A stretch of DNA of 64,000 nt, taken from positions 32,001-96,000 of IMG/VR virus record IMGVR_UViG_3300045971_000356; one strand, 5' to 3'. This document shows, piece by piece, positions 37,196 to 46,827 of the stretch. Source of the stretch: a virus. The notes beneath the pieces are model-generated. The model was not told the DNA's origin and did no database searches. It worked only from the letters and a program-made list of their open reading frames with translations. Position numbers and translations under genes: made by a program. Each line of letters starts with the position of its first letter. Position 1 is the first letter of the stretch.

Positions 37196-37458
37196 TGCCA
37201 GCAGTAGTTCGCGTCGGTGACACCGACAGCGATTCACCACCCAACACGAAAACATCTGGGTCTCCAGATGTTTTCGTCAACGGGCAACCTGTAGTTCGTG
37301 TTGGCGATACTGACAGTGATTCCCCGCCAGATTCGATGACAACGGGCTCAGCTACTGTATTCGTCAACGGCAAAGGTATTGTTAGGGTGGGTGACACAGA
37401 CAGCGATTCCCCTCCAGATTCGTGTGTTTCAGGCTCTCCTGATGTGTTCGCAGGCTAA
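37195..37458 (+). CDS. PAAR-repeat spike tip protein
   Basis: Three VRVGD repeats; GSPDVFVNG. Confidence 0.85.
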   Translation: MPAVVRVGDTDSDSPPNTKTSGSPDVFVNGQPVVRVGDTDSDSPPDSMTTGSATVFVNGKGIVRVGDTDSDSPPDSCVSGSPDVFAG

Positions 37459-37573
37459 AGAACCATAATTCTAGGCACTTCTCCTACTTTGTGTTATTAT
37501 TACTACATTAACGATAGTGATAAATAACATACAGGGTGAAAACTCTGTAAATTGCAAACAAGGAGACCCAGAT

Positions 37574-38203
37574 ATGGAAAGAAATTTCTTCCTAAATAAG
37601 TTATCATTTGCAGTTTTTTTAGTCTTGGCAGCAATACTGTATACGACAGTCTTCACTACCACGAGCAAGGCATTTAAAAACTTTGATACAAATAGTACGC
37701 CGCTAACGACGTTTAAGCTGATGGGCTTACTCGATGTTTACCGTGACGTAAAACAACAAGCTATAGGCATAATTGCACCTGATAAAAAAGTTGCTGTGCC
37801 CGCCAACGACCTTCAGTGTATGGCTGAAAACATTTACCACGAAGCAAATAACCAAAGCTATGCTGGTAAGATCGCCGTTGGACAAGTAGTGTTAAACAGG
37901 GTTGCAAAGCCCGATTATCCACGCACAATTTGCGGTGTTATCTACGAAGGTAGTCAGAACACGCAAACCTCACAATGTCAGTTTAGTTGGAGTTGCGGCC
38001 CACATAATCCTGTTGACAAAAATAGTGATGGCTGGCGCGAGAGCGTGAAAGCAGCCACTGAACTTTTGTCAAACAAAGGGCACATGATTGATATCACCGA
38101 GGGGGCCACTAACTACCACGCTGAATATGTTTCGCCGCCATGGGCGAAGAAATTAAAGTTTGTCGTTAAAATTGACCAACATTTATTTTATTCACGTAGT
38201 TAG
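37574..38203 (+). CDS. SleB-like cell wall hydrolase (Hydrolase_2)
   Basis: CMAENIYHEA, VVLNRV, CQFSW, GATNYHA, IDQHLFY. Confidence 0.85.
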   Translation: MERNFFLNKLSFAVFLVLAAILYTTVFTTTSKAFKNFDTNSTPLTTFKLMGLLDVYRDVKQQAIGIIAPDKKVAVPANDLQCMAENIYHEANNQSYAGKIAVGQVVLNRVAKPDYPRTICGVIYEGSQNTQTSQCQFSWSCGPHNPVDKNSDGWRESVKAATELLSNKGHMIDITEGATNYHAEYVSPPWAKKLKFVVKIDQHLFYSRS

Positions 38204-38794
38204 TATCTTGCATGTAAAATGTTTATGGTGAGATCTTATTCCGTTAGAAACTGAACACATTGATCCAGTGTCTAAATTGAAATCTCTGCATATTTGCGCT
38301 AAATTTTTAGTTACAATAACTTCCCCGCTTGGGGTTGTTACCTCATAATATCGTGCTTTACGCAATAAAAATTCAGGATCATTCCATTTATGTTTATTAC
38401 ATTGAACCATTTTATTTCGATATTCAGGATTTTGCCATTGCCTCTTACTTGCTTCGGATATCAACAATTTAGTTTGGGCAGCATGTGATGTATCTTTATG
38501 CGACCCACCTCGCGTGAGATTATATCCAGCAGTATGATGAGAATCAACAAACGTATTATACTCAGATATAAAATGTGGTTCCATTATGTTTAATGTGTGC
38601 CATTTATCGAGTGATTGATATAGGATGTCAAATTGAAAATTATTTATTCCATATTTTTGGATGGCTTGATATATTGCTTGCTTTCTCTTAGATCTTTTGT
38701 GATACAACATCCTCTTGGTATAGTTGCTGGTAAAACCAATGTAACTCTTATTGTTTAATAAGTTAGTTATCTTATAGATAGTATAAATATTCAT
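38192..38794 (-). CDS. GIY-YIG homing endonuclease
   Basis: IYKITNLLNNKSYIGFT; AIQKYG; GYNLTRGG. Confidence 0.85.
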   Translation of the reverse strand: MNIYTIYKITNLLNNKSYIGFTSNYTKRMLYHKRSKRKQAIYQAIQKYGINNFQFDILYQSLDKWHTLNIMEPHFISEYNTFVDSHHTAGYNLTRGGSHKDTSHAAQTKLLISEASKRQWQNPEYRNKMVQCNKHKWNDPEFLLRKARYYEVTTPSGEVIVTKNLAQICRDFNLDTGSMCSVSNGIRSHHKHFTCKILTT

Positions 38795-38819
38795 GCTGAT
38801 TGTCCTTCACGACGTTAGA

Positions 38820-38849
38820 GTAGTTGGAACCGCCAAGTTCGCGAACTAC
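38820..38849 (-). repeat. Conserved hairpin leader, copy 3
   Basis: minus strand GTAGTT-CGC-GAAC-TTGGCG-GTTC-C-AACTAC. Confidence 0.8.
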
Positions 38850-38890
38850 ATAAATATATTTATGTGTATCAATTATTTGGGAAAATTATA

Positions 38891-39538
38891 GTGGAAGTTT
38901 CCATTGGTGCCTTATACAAGGAAATGCTACGGCTGGCGGTAATAACGCCAGTTGGAGTTGAGTTTACTGTGGCAGAATTTACTAAGATTTTGCGGAATTA
39001 TTCCGCAACGTCTGAAGTAAGAGTAGTATCTGCCCGGCACTCCGAGGTTGATTTTAACCAAATCGTAATCACAGGCGAGTATGATCCGTTTGACGACGAG
39101 TCAGGCTTACCTGCAATTACAATTACAGTACATTACTCGCCAAAACAAAAAACTATCAAGTTTGCTGACATAGACTGGCCGCAAGTTTGTATAGATTTAA
39201 TTGAGTGTACTGGTCACGAGGTCATCCATCGTCAGCAGTACAGGAATCGTAATTTTGAAATTCCTGAGTTGATTTTTGCAAGTAGGAGCAAAGAGGGCAA
39301 AGCAAAAGAGATTCAAGAGTATCTCGGTAACGTTGACGAAATTGAAGCACACGGCTACAGCATAGCAGCAGAGGTATTTTTAAAGTACCAGCCTAAACGA
39401 CTCAATGTCACCAACGTAAAAGACAATCTTATCTTTAAAGCATACGTGGCTGCGTTTGGTAGAAATCACCACATAGTTAAAAAACTTATAAAATATTCAC
39501 TGACTTATTTTGAATTTCTACACGAGGGGAAAGTATAA
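38891..39538 (+). CDS. Putative zincin metallopeptidase
   Basis: HEVIH..Q; YL...DEIEAH. Confidence 0.55.
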   Translation: MEVSIGALYKEMLRLAVITPVGVEFTVAEFTKILRNYSATSEVRVVSARHSEVDFNQIVITGEYDPFDDESGLPAITITVHYSPKQKTIKFADIDWPQVCIDLIECTGHEVIHRQQYRNRNFEIPELIFASRSKEGKAKEIQEYLGNVDEIEAHGYSIAAEVFLKYQPKRLNVTNVKDNLIFKAYVAAFGRNHHIVKKLIKYSLTYFEFLHEGKV

Positions 39539-39801
39539 TGGGCAAGAACAAAAAAAGCAAAAAAGTGTTAGACAAAGTCGAAGAAGAGATTGAACAAATC
39601 ACTGACGCGATGGAAGAAGCAGACGGTGAGGGTTTTGATATTGGCGACGATGATTATGGCTTTATTTTGTCTAATGACGGAACCATTAAGGCGCTTATAC
39701 TGCCTCGTGAGTATTGCATAACACCTGAGTCGGTGTTAAAAATTTGCAAAGTGTTGGGAATTAAAGGGTTGGATGAACTGCAACCACAGTACATGCACTA
39801 A
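39538..39801 (+). CDS. Small acidic protein
   Basis: DDDYGFILSNDG. Confidence 0.55.
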   Translation: MGKNKKSKKVLDKVEEEIEQITDAMEEADGEGFDIGDDDYGFILSNDGTIKALILPREYCITPESVLKICKVLGIKGLDELQPQYMH

Positions 39802-40253
39802 ACGATTTGCGCCTGGTCAACTAACGGCGCAAGTAAGTTGAAATTAGTTCTTGCTTGCTCGTTGGACGACACAATTTTGTCCAGCCCAACATCGTGCCCA
39901 CCACCAGCGACACGATTCCTTACGTTACCAGCAGCAATGTGGGCATCTGTGCTTTTAAGGTACAGCAGCACATTGTAACCGTTTGCTTTGGCGGCAGCGA
40001 TTTTATTCTTCTGTGCTTGCAAGTTGGACGCAGTGGTTGGATGAGCCACGTTTTCTTTGTTTTTAAACGCAGTAAGCAGCATTGGCTTTATTGCGGAAAT
40101 CGCAGCAGACACACCAAGTTGACCTTTGATAGCGTCAACATCAACTAACTGATACGTTGAAAATTCTGGGTGGTGCTCGATAAAATAGTTCTTGCCTGAG
40201 CCAGCGCCACCGATTACGATTACAAATGTGGGATTTAAGTCTGTTGCTTGCAT
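39798..40253 (-). CDS. P-loop kinase (zeta-toxin/AAA_33-like)
   Basis: GGAGSGKN; VDVD; RVAGGGH. Confidence 0.7.
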   Translation of the reverse strand: MQATDLNPTFVIVIGGAGSGKNYFIEHHPEFSTYQLVDVDAIKGQLGVSAAISAIKPMLLTAFKNKENVAHPTTASNLQAQKNKIAAAKANGYNVLLYLKSTDAHIAAGNVRNRVAGGGHDVGLDKIVSSNEQARTNFNLLAPLVDQAQIV

Positions 40254-40260
40254 GCTGTAT

Positions 40261-40467
40261 TTATGCCCACTTTAGCATAAACATCATCATGTCTTGCTCA
40301 CGGTCCCACGACAAAATAAAGAAGTCGCCCTTTTTGCGTATTTTTGGCAAATTGTATGGCCACGGCTCTGCTTTATCAATGGTATCTATTATTCGTTGCT
40401 GAATGGTAATCCACTCGTCTTTAGTTTTGAGACAACCATAGTTAAGTGTTTGCGGACTTCTACTCAT
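40261..40467 (-). CDS. Family A member
   Basis: ends WDREQDMMMFMLKWA. Confidence 0.65.
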   Translation of the reverse strand: MSRSPQTLNYGCLKTKDEWITIQQRIIDTIDKAEPWPYNLPKIRKKGDFFILSWDREQDMMMFMLKWA

Positions 40468-40628
40468 GAATATTTCAACGTAAAAAATACTGCGTCACGC
40501 GCATCTTCAAACAAAACGTCGCACGTATCATCAAACCCGCTCCAATCCAGTCTGAATGAGCCACGAGCATACATACGCAACTGTGGACGAATTACTTCGT
40601 AGCGGTAAGGAAAAGTGACTTTAATCAT
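40464..40628 (-). CDS. Family A member (54 aa)
   Basis: Hand translation ends FEDARDAVFFTLKYS. Confidence 0.6.
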   Translation of the reverse strand: MIKVTFPYRYEVIRPQLRMYARGSFRLDWSGFDDTCDVLFEDARDAVFFTLKYS

Positions 40629-40788
40629 TTGCGTACAGAATAAAAATCACAATAGCCAACTTTAGTCTCAGTTTGCTTTCTGTGCATTGCGGTGATACAC
40701 TGTGCTTCAGTCGCGAAGGAGTAAGTCTCAATCTTGGACGGAGACTCCCCACCGTTTACTAAAATGACAAGTGTAAGCAGCCACATAT

Positions 40789-41127
40789 TTAGATGTAAAG
40801 TGCAGTGTTCAACGCTGGGACATAAGCGCGGATAATGTCGTTTTCACGAGCGTGGGCAGCAAGTTTACCGCGCACAATTTCCAGCAAGCCGTATGTAAAG
40901 TTTTCAGCGCCGTGTGTACGCAAAGCATCGCACAGGCCCCAAGCCTTGTTTTCGTTGCGAGCACGTTCAGCATGTTTTTGCATACGCACTTTAAGACGTT
41001 GTTTAACACTGCCAGAAGCAACAGTAAGGCCAACGTATTGCTCGCCAGTCACAACGCATGTAATCACGTAGATTGCATGACGACGGTCTGAGCGGGCTTT
41101 GCGTTTTGCTGTAATGTTTTGTTCCAT
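40789..41127 (-). CDS. Small stand-alone GIY-YIG nuclease (early)
   Basis: AIYVITC..GEQYVGLT..R...H..E..LN; sigma70 promoter directly upstream. Confidence 0.7.
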   Translation of the reverse strand: MEQNITAKRKARSDRRHAIYVITCVVTGEQYVGLTVASGSVKQRLKVRMQKHAERARNENKAWGLCDALRTHGAENFTYGLLEIVRGKLAAHARENDIIRAYVPALNTALYI

Positions 41128-41133
41128 GTGTAT

Positions 41134-41162
41134 ATTATAGCGCAGTTTCACACCGAAGTCAA
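41134..41162 (-). promoter_or_regulatory. Sigma70-type early promoter
   Basis: TTGACT-17-TATAAT. Confidence 0.75.
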
Positions 41163-41267
41163 CAGATTTCACCACATAAATGCGTGGTAACCCGTTGATT
41201 TCATTGATTATTTTAACGATTTTGCCTTATTTTAAGGCAGATTTGCTGTATTCTTGTGAAATAATGG

Positions 41268-41296
41268 TTGACAGTCAAGCATTTTGGTGTTATAAT
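41268..41296 (+). promoter_or_regulatory. Sigma70-type early promoter (duplicated at 57117)
   Basis: TTGACA-17-TATAAT with extended TG. Confidence 0.85.
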
Positions 41297-41321
41297 AACA
41301 GCATACGCAAAAGGAACTGAC

Positions 41322-41594
41322 ATGTTTTTAATCAAAGCCGGAACTGTTATTCAAGTTGAAATCCCCAAATCAGAACGTGGCCACTTTAACTGGGTGGGCT
41401 GGAGGCCGTACACCACCAAAGAGGACAAGATTTACGACAAAGAAGAAGTTTGGGACGCAGTTTCAGTCCACAACGACGGCTGGGAAATCCCTGCTTGGAT
41501 TGTCCGCAATGTCACAGAACACGGCAACGTGGTGATCAAACGTGCTGGCAAGTATGCGATGTGTAAGCCCGCACAAATCGAGTTTTTGGACTAA
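41322..41594 (+). CDS. Early hypothetical protein
   Basis: AAGGA RBS after promoter. Confidence 0.6.
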   Translation: MFLIKAGTVIQVEIPKSERGHFNWVGWRPYTTKEDKIYDKEEVWDAVSVHNDGWEIPAWIVRNVTEHGNVVIKRAGKYAMCKPAQIEFLD

Positions 41595-41607
41595 CAAAGG
41601 AAGAATA

Positions 41608-41778
41608 ATGGCACAAGTATTGCCGCAAGTATATGGAAAATGGGACTTGCCAGAGACCGTTGAAAACGCCTTCGCCAAAGTAGTGGCAGGCGAATGGTCA
41701 CTTGCCCGCTTTGCTGCTTGGGTCTCTCAAGTTGAATTGGAAGAGTATCGCCGCGCCACCGCTGACGAGAGCATGTAA
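41608..41778 (+). CDS. Early hypothetical protein
   Basis: AAGGA RBS. Confidence 0.55.
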   Translation: MAQVLPQVYGKWDLPETVENAFAKVVAGEWSLARFAAWVSQVELEEYRRATADESM

Positions 41779-41781
41779 GGC

Positions 41782-41810
41782 TTGACAATAACCAAAGGTG
41801 AGTGTACAAT
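41782..41810 (+). promoter_or_regulatory. Sigma70-type promoter for rIIA
   Basis: TTGACA-17-TACAAT. Confidence 0.65.
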
Positions 41811-41891
41811 ATGCTTCACTTAACATTAATCGTGACCATTGAGTTGGCACTTATCGCGTTAACACTTTTAACAGCAGCAATAGAGTAAACT

Positions 41892-44126
41892 ATGATTTTA
41901 AACAACAAACCGCAAAACGAAGCAATCTTGTCCAACGTAAACGAGATTGGCGAGTTCCGCATTCGCAACTCTGCTAAAGCATTTAGCATCCTGAGTTCCA
42001 GTTTGTACGCAAACAAAATCCGCGCCATCGTGCGTGAGTTGAGCTGCAACGCAGTTGACTCGCATAAAGCAGCAGGCAAGGAAGCAACGCCTTTTGATGT
42101 TCATCTGCCAAACCAACTTGAACCTTGGTTTAGCATTCGCGACTACGGCGTGGGCTTGTCACATAAGCAAGTGACGGAAATCTACACCACCTACTTTGAG
42201 TCCACTAAGACTGGCAGCAACGATTTCATCGGCGCACTTGGCCTTGGCAGCAAGACTCCATTCGCTTACACGGATAACTTTACTGTGACTGCGGTTAAAG
42301 ACGGCATCCGCGGCGTGTACTCTGCGTTTATCAATGAGCAAGGCGTTCCAAGCATTGCGTTGATGATGAGCGAAGAAAGCACTGATCCAAACGGCGTTGA
42401 AGTCAAGTTTTCCGTCAACGGGTACAGCGACTTTGACCGCTTCATTACTGAAGCCCGCAACGTTTACTCACACTTTAGTCTGCGCCCTGTAGTTAGCGGC
42501 GGCCTGCGCACATTTTCTTTCCTTGACGTCAAGTACAAGGAAAAAGACATTGTGCCTGGCGTACATTACATTTCAAGCGAAAATCGGTACGATAATAATT
42601 CGTATGCTGTAATGGGCAATATCGCTTACCCAATCGCTATCCCTGACGCTGACAAAGAACTTGGCACATTGTCTGAGTTGCTGAAATGCGGTCTTGAAAT
42701 CCACTTTGGCATTGGCGAACTGGACTTCCAAGCGTCACGTGAAGGCTTGTCCTACATTCCAATCACGGTGAAGAACATCAAGACAAAACTTCAACAACTG
42801 AATGCTCAACTTGCTGTACACATTGCTGAAGCAGCAGACAAGATTCCAAACTTGTGGGAACGGCTGTACTATTTGCAAAAGATGGACAACGAGCGTTTGT
42901 TTAAGGCTGCGGTTGGAAAGTATGTCGCTGACACAAAGTTTCCGCTGATCCCAAAAGTAAACGCCCACATGAACACGTTAAAGTTCACGTTGATGGTAAG
43001 CGAACTTGAGAAAAAGTACAACATCAAGATGAGCGGGTTCAATAAAAACCGCCACACCGTTAGCCTTAAACAGATCAAAGAAACGTCTGTCTCCACCGGC
43101 AAAAAGCAAACAAACGGGACGCCTGAATATAAGCCAGCGTTTGAGATTCATCCTCAATCACACATTCGCTTTGTGTTGGGTGATACCAATGGTTGTATTT
43201 CGCGGACTAAGCACCACTTTTCAACAAGCATGAAAAACAGTGGCACAGACGACCAAGTGTCTGTGTTTGTTATTAGTGCAGTTGACAAGAAGAAACCTGT
43301 CAAGTTTGCTGCACTGATGAAAGACTTGCTGAGCCCGCCTAAAAAGCAGATTCTCAAGACGTCAGACATGGCAGAAAAGCCTCGTGCTGGTTCTAAAGTT
43401 AGCGGCAAAAATGTGACAATCATGAAGGCAGCACGCCGCAATGAAAACGGTGGTTACTACAACCGCCGTAATGCGTACGACATGGTTTGGCGCGATGCTG
43501 GCACTGCTGACAAGTTGGACGCAAAGCAACAATATTACTACATTGAGATGAGCGGCTTCAAAATGTTGTCCGCCAAAATGAACTCAATGGGCCTTGACAA
43601 CTTTGTGGAAGCAGTAGGTAACAGCGGCATTAAATCGCTGCAAAATCTGAAACTGTACGGCGTTCGCAAAACTGACATCGAATACATCAAAGCGCAGAAA
43701 AACTGGGTGAACGCTGAAACGTTTGTTACACAGGTTTTGGAGAATCTGAGCGATGAGATTTTGATGGGATTGGCTGCAAAAACACTTGACAATTACGCAT
43801 CGTTCAAGTACACTGAAAAAGTAGCAAGTAACATCATTGATCCCGCAAGCCCATATTTGGTGTTTGCTAACAAGATCAAGGATGTGACCGCAGTTCAGTA
43901 TCACGACAATTACTTTGAACGGTTGGTTGCTCACTGGGCACCAAACATGAAGAACACGCCAAAGTCAATGGCGGCGAAATTGGAAAGCGAATGCAAAGCG
44001 TTGAACAGAGTGTATCCGTTGATGTCGCAGATGAACAATTGGCGCGGTAGGATGGATAAAGAAATAGCGCAGTACATCAATTTGATTGATGCTGCCAAGA
44101 GTGTAGATGAAGAAACGAGAATTTAA
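41892..44126 (+). CDS. rIIA: rIIA protein (GHKL ATPase N-domain)
   Basis: LYANKIRAIVRELSCNAVDSH, RDYGVGL, GLGSK, SREGL. Confidence 0.9.
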   Translation: MILNNKPQNEAILSNVNEIGEFRIRNSAKAFSILSSSLYANKIRAIVRELSCNAVDSHKAAGKEATPFDVHLPNQLEPWFSIRDYGVGLSHKQVTEIYTTYFESTKTGSNDFIGALGLGSKTPFAYTDNFTVTAVKDGIRGVYSAFINEQGVPSIALMMSEESTDPNGVEVKFSVNGYSDFDRFITEARNVYSHFSLRPVVSGGLRTFSFLDVKYKEKDIVPGVHYISSENRYDNNSYAVMGNIAYPIAIPDADKELGTLSELLKCGLEIHFGIGELDFQASREGLSYIPITVKNIKTKLQQLNAQLAVHIAEAADKIPNLWERLYYLQKMDNERLFKAAVGKYVADTKFPLIPKVNAHMNTLKFTLMVSELEKKYNIKMSGFNKNRHTVSLKQIKETSVSTGKKQTNGTPEYKPAFEIHPQSHIRFVLGDTNGCISRTKHHFSTSMKNSGTDDQVSVFVISAVDKKKPVKFAALMKDLLSPPKKQILKTSDMAEKPRAGSKVSGKNVTIMKAARRNENGGYYNRRNAYDMVWRDAGTADKLDAKQQYYYIEMSGFKMLSAKMNSMGLDNFVEAVGNSGIKSLQNLKLYGVRKTDIEYIKAQKNWVNAETFVTQVLENLSDEILMGLAAKTLDNYASFKYTEKVASNIIDPASPYLVFANKIKDVTAVQYHDNYFERLVAHWAPNMKNTPKSMAAKLESECKALNRVYPLMSQMNNWRGRMDKEIAQYINLIDAAKSVDEETRI

Positions 44127-44305
44127 TGAAAAAAGTAAATGAATTGGACACAAAGTCAACTGATCCAGTTGATGATGGCATAATTGAGTCTGATCTGCCA
44201 ATTGAAGAACAGATTGCACTGATGCAAGATGCACTTGCTGCTCTTGAGCGGATGCGAATCCGGCACGAAAAAAGGGACGCAGAAAGGGCACGAAAAAATG
44301 GTTAA
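44126..44305 (+). CDS. Small hypothetical protein
   Basis: TAATG-coupled to rIIA; 59 aa. Confidence 0.5.
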   Translation: MKKVNELDTKSTDPVDDGIIESDLPIEEQIALMQDALAALERMRIRHEKRDAERARKNG

Positions 44306-44576
44306 ATTGGCAGAGATCAACATAGATCCAGTGCAACGAACATTGGATTATTTGATTAGCAATTTAGCAGTATTTGTTGAGCAAGAATATGATCGCTTTT
44401 ATCAAGAGTCCAAAGGATTTAGCCTCACTGTTGAGGATATTCTCAGTACAGATGAAATTGCAGATGAAATCAATGACTTAAATAACACATTTGCTGCTGT
44501 AAAAGTGAGATTTTCGCCGCATCACCAAACATACAGATTAGTAGTTTACATGCTCAACTACTTGAAAAATTCTTAG
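44298..44576 (+). CDS. Small hypothetical protein
   Basis: ORF between rIIA and rIIB. Confidence 0.5.
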   Translation: MVKLAEINIDPVQRTLDYLISNLAVFVEQEYDRFYQESKGFSLTVEDILSTDEIADEINDLNNTFAAVKVRFSPHHQTYRLVVYMLNYLKNS

Positions 44577-44603
44577 AGCAGTTTATTTTTAAAGGAAAAA
44601 ATC

Positions 44604-45509
44604 ATGTCATATCCGTACATTATCCAAGGTGGCAATCTTGTTGTCGTTATCGGCAACGTGCCACACACTGTGAGCAAAACGCACATCACATACGACAAAT
44701 TGGTTGCGGCTATCAAAGCAAGCGACTGGGACGCGGTTAAAGATTTGATCGAGCCCAAGAAAGTTGTGCTGAAGTTTGCTGAAGGCAACGTTAGCATCGA
44801 AGGCGATGAGTTCTTGTGGCGCGGTCAGCCAATGGACAATTCCTTGTCACGGCGTATGATTGAAATGCTAAAAGAAGGTTTCCCGATCACTCCGATGGTT
44901 AACTTTATGCATAACTTGATGGCCAACCCAAGCAAGCGGGCAGTAACTGAACTGTATGGTTTCTTGGAAAAGAGCAATTTGCCAATCACGCCAGATGGAC
45001 ACTTCCTTGCTTACAAGAAAGTCCGTGCTGATTACCTTGACTGCCACAGCCGCACGATGGACAATAGTGTTGGACAAGTTGTGTCAATGGAGCGTAATGC
45101 GGTAGATGACGACAAAGATCGCACTTGCTCAGCAGGCCTGCACTTTTGCAGCATTAGCTACTTGTCAAGTTTTGGCGGCGAGCGCACAATGATCTTGAAG
45201 ATCAATCCGCGTGACGTTGTTAGCATCCCGAGTGATTACAACGACGCGAAGGGTCGTGCATGCTCTTACACTGTTATTGGTGAACTTGATGCTGCACCTG
45301 ACACTGCGTTTGACAAGCCAGTGCAAAGTAACGCAAAGGTTGTGAAGCCTGGTGCTTGGCCGTTCCCTAAGGGCGGTGATGAGCCTCAAGTTTCAACGGC
45401 AAGTGGTCACCCGCTGTCAATGACGCCAAATGCGATCCGTAAACGTGCTGCCCGTGCTGCTAAAAAGGCGGCGGCATCACAGTATAACGCACAGTTCCGC
45501 AGTTTTTAA
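44604..45509 (+). CDS. rIIB: rIIB protein
   Basis: NPSKRAVTELYGFL, ITPDGHFLAYK, CSAGLHFCS, VVSIPSDY. Confidence 0.9.
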   Translation: MSYPYIIQGGNLVVVIGNVPHTVSKTHITYDKLVAAIKASDWDAVKDLIEPKKVVLKFAEGNVSIEGDEFLWRGQPMDNSLSRRMIEMLKEGFPITPMVNFMHNLMANPSKRAVTELYGFLEKSNLPITPDGHFLAYKKVRADYLDCHSRTMDNSVGQVVSMERNAVDDDKDRTCSAGLHFCSISYLSSFGGERTMILKINPRDVVSIPSDYNDAKGRACSYTVIGELDAAPDTAFDKPVQSNAKVVKPGAWPFPKGGDEPQVSTASGHPLSMTPNAIRKRAARAAKKAAASQYNAQFRSF

Positions 45510-45573
45510 CGCGAAATCGTAAGAAAACAACACAGAAACCTCAGAAAACCTGGGGTTTCTTCACGATTTCTTG

Positions 45574-45602
45574 TTGACAATCGTGCGTTTCTACGCTATA
45601 AT
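45574..45602 (+). promoter_or_regulatory. Sigma70-type early promoter
   Basis: TTGACA-17-TATAAT after a terminator-like hairpin (45513-45570). Confidence 0.8.
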
Positions 45603-45632
45603 ACAGCATACACAGAAACACTGGAGTTTTAC

Positions 45633-46001
45633 ATGTTTACAGTTAAAGTTGGCGACGAAGTTGGTACAGTTTGGTCCAGCTCGCATAGCTATTTCACTGC
45701 CAGCATTTACACGGTTACCAAGATTAACGGCCACGGCCACATTTACTTGTCCAACGGCGACGTTTACGACAAGCATGGTGACAAGCGTAGCCTGAAGTCA
45801 ACACACGGTAGCTGCATGCGTTTGGTTGAAGCCAAACTTGTTCGCGAAGAAAAAGTGCGCCACGAAGAAAATCAACGCCTGCGTGGCATTGTGTCGTCCA
45901 TTACTGCCAAACTGTCTGGCATGGGTAATAGCTACTCAGGTTATATTCGTGTTACTGCTGAAGACAAAGCAGAACTGATTGCGCTGGTGAATACACTGTA
46001 A
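45633..46001 (+). CDS. Early hypothetical protein
   Basis: GGAG RBS. Confidence 0.6.
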   Translation: MFTVKVGDEVGTVWSSSHSYFTASIYTVTKINGHGHIYLSNGDVYDKHGDKRSLKSTHGSCMRLVEAKLVREEKVRHEENQRLRGIVSSITAKLSGMGNSYSGYIRVTAEDKAELIALVNTL

Positions 46002-46017
46002 TTTAAAGGAAAGCAAA

Positions 46018-46230
46018 ATGAACGAACGAATTTGGGATCTTTTTAAACAATCTGGCATCGACATCGGTGAAGATCAGGAAAGTAATATTGAAAAGTTCGC
46101 CGAACTGATTGTGCGCGAATGTAAAGCATCTATTGAGAAAACAATCGACCTCTCTTGCACAACAGATGATGAGAAAATGGGTTGCGAATTTGCCATTACT
46201 AATCTATTGGAACATTTCGGAGTTGAATGA
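46018..46230 (+). CDS. Small paralogue family B (MNERI...EKFAELIV.EC...EHFGVE)
   Basis: Motif visible. Confidence 0.7.
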   Translation: MNERIWDLFKQSGIDIGEDQESNIEKFAELIVRECKASIEKTIDLSCTTDDEKMGCEFAITNLLEHFGVE

Positions 46231-46581
46231 TGAACACAGTTTTAGTTTGGATTTTGGTTTCTATCGGTGGGTATAACACCAACACTATCACATATTCGCC
46301 GCCGATGGCAGATTTGGAATCTTGCCAACGCATGCAAAAATCTATCAATGATTTGTATCCAGGTGGCCAACCACGGGCGCGGGTGCAGTGCATCCAAGTT
46401 AAGGTTTTGAAATGAAAAAAGTTGTGTACAAAAATCTCACACTTGCCAAAGGCTCCAAAGCACTTGAGCTCTGGGAAGACTGGCAGCGTGACACCAAAGA
46501 TCGCAATGCTGCACAAAAGAAATTGGACCAGCATATGAAAGATGTTGAGAACCGTTACCGCGAATTGCTGGAGAAAGCAAA

Positions 46582-46827
46582 ATGAACGAACGAATTAAAG
46601 AACTTATTGAGCAAGCAACTACTAAAGAAGATTTTTATCCTGCTGGGTGCAATGGCTATCCTGAATATCGCATCTATTTTGACAAGGAAAAGTTCGCCGA
46701 GCTTATTATCAAGGAATGTCTTGATATGGCCATCAACATTGTTATGGAAAACAACTGCAAGGAAATTTTTACAAGTAGGACCCAGATTCAGTGGCCTATA
46801 GAAGAACATTTTGGAGTTGAAGAATGA
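46582..46827 (+). CDS. Family B member
   Basis: MNERIKEL..EKFAELIIKEC..EHFGVE. Confidence 0.7.
   Translation: MNERIKELIEQATTKEDFYPAGCNGYPEYRIYFDKEKFAELIIKECLDMAINIVMENNCKEIFTSRTQIQWPIEEHFGVEE

Noticed and set aside
37204-37213. GTAGTTCGCG in the PAAR gene, identical to the start of the hairpin leader
   Set aside because: No matching AACTAC arm; it encodes VVR and is probably coincidental.
37195-37458. Three spaced nucleotide repeats resembling a mini-CRISPR
   Set aside because: The repeats differ at synonymous positions and are protein-level PAAR repeats.
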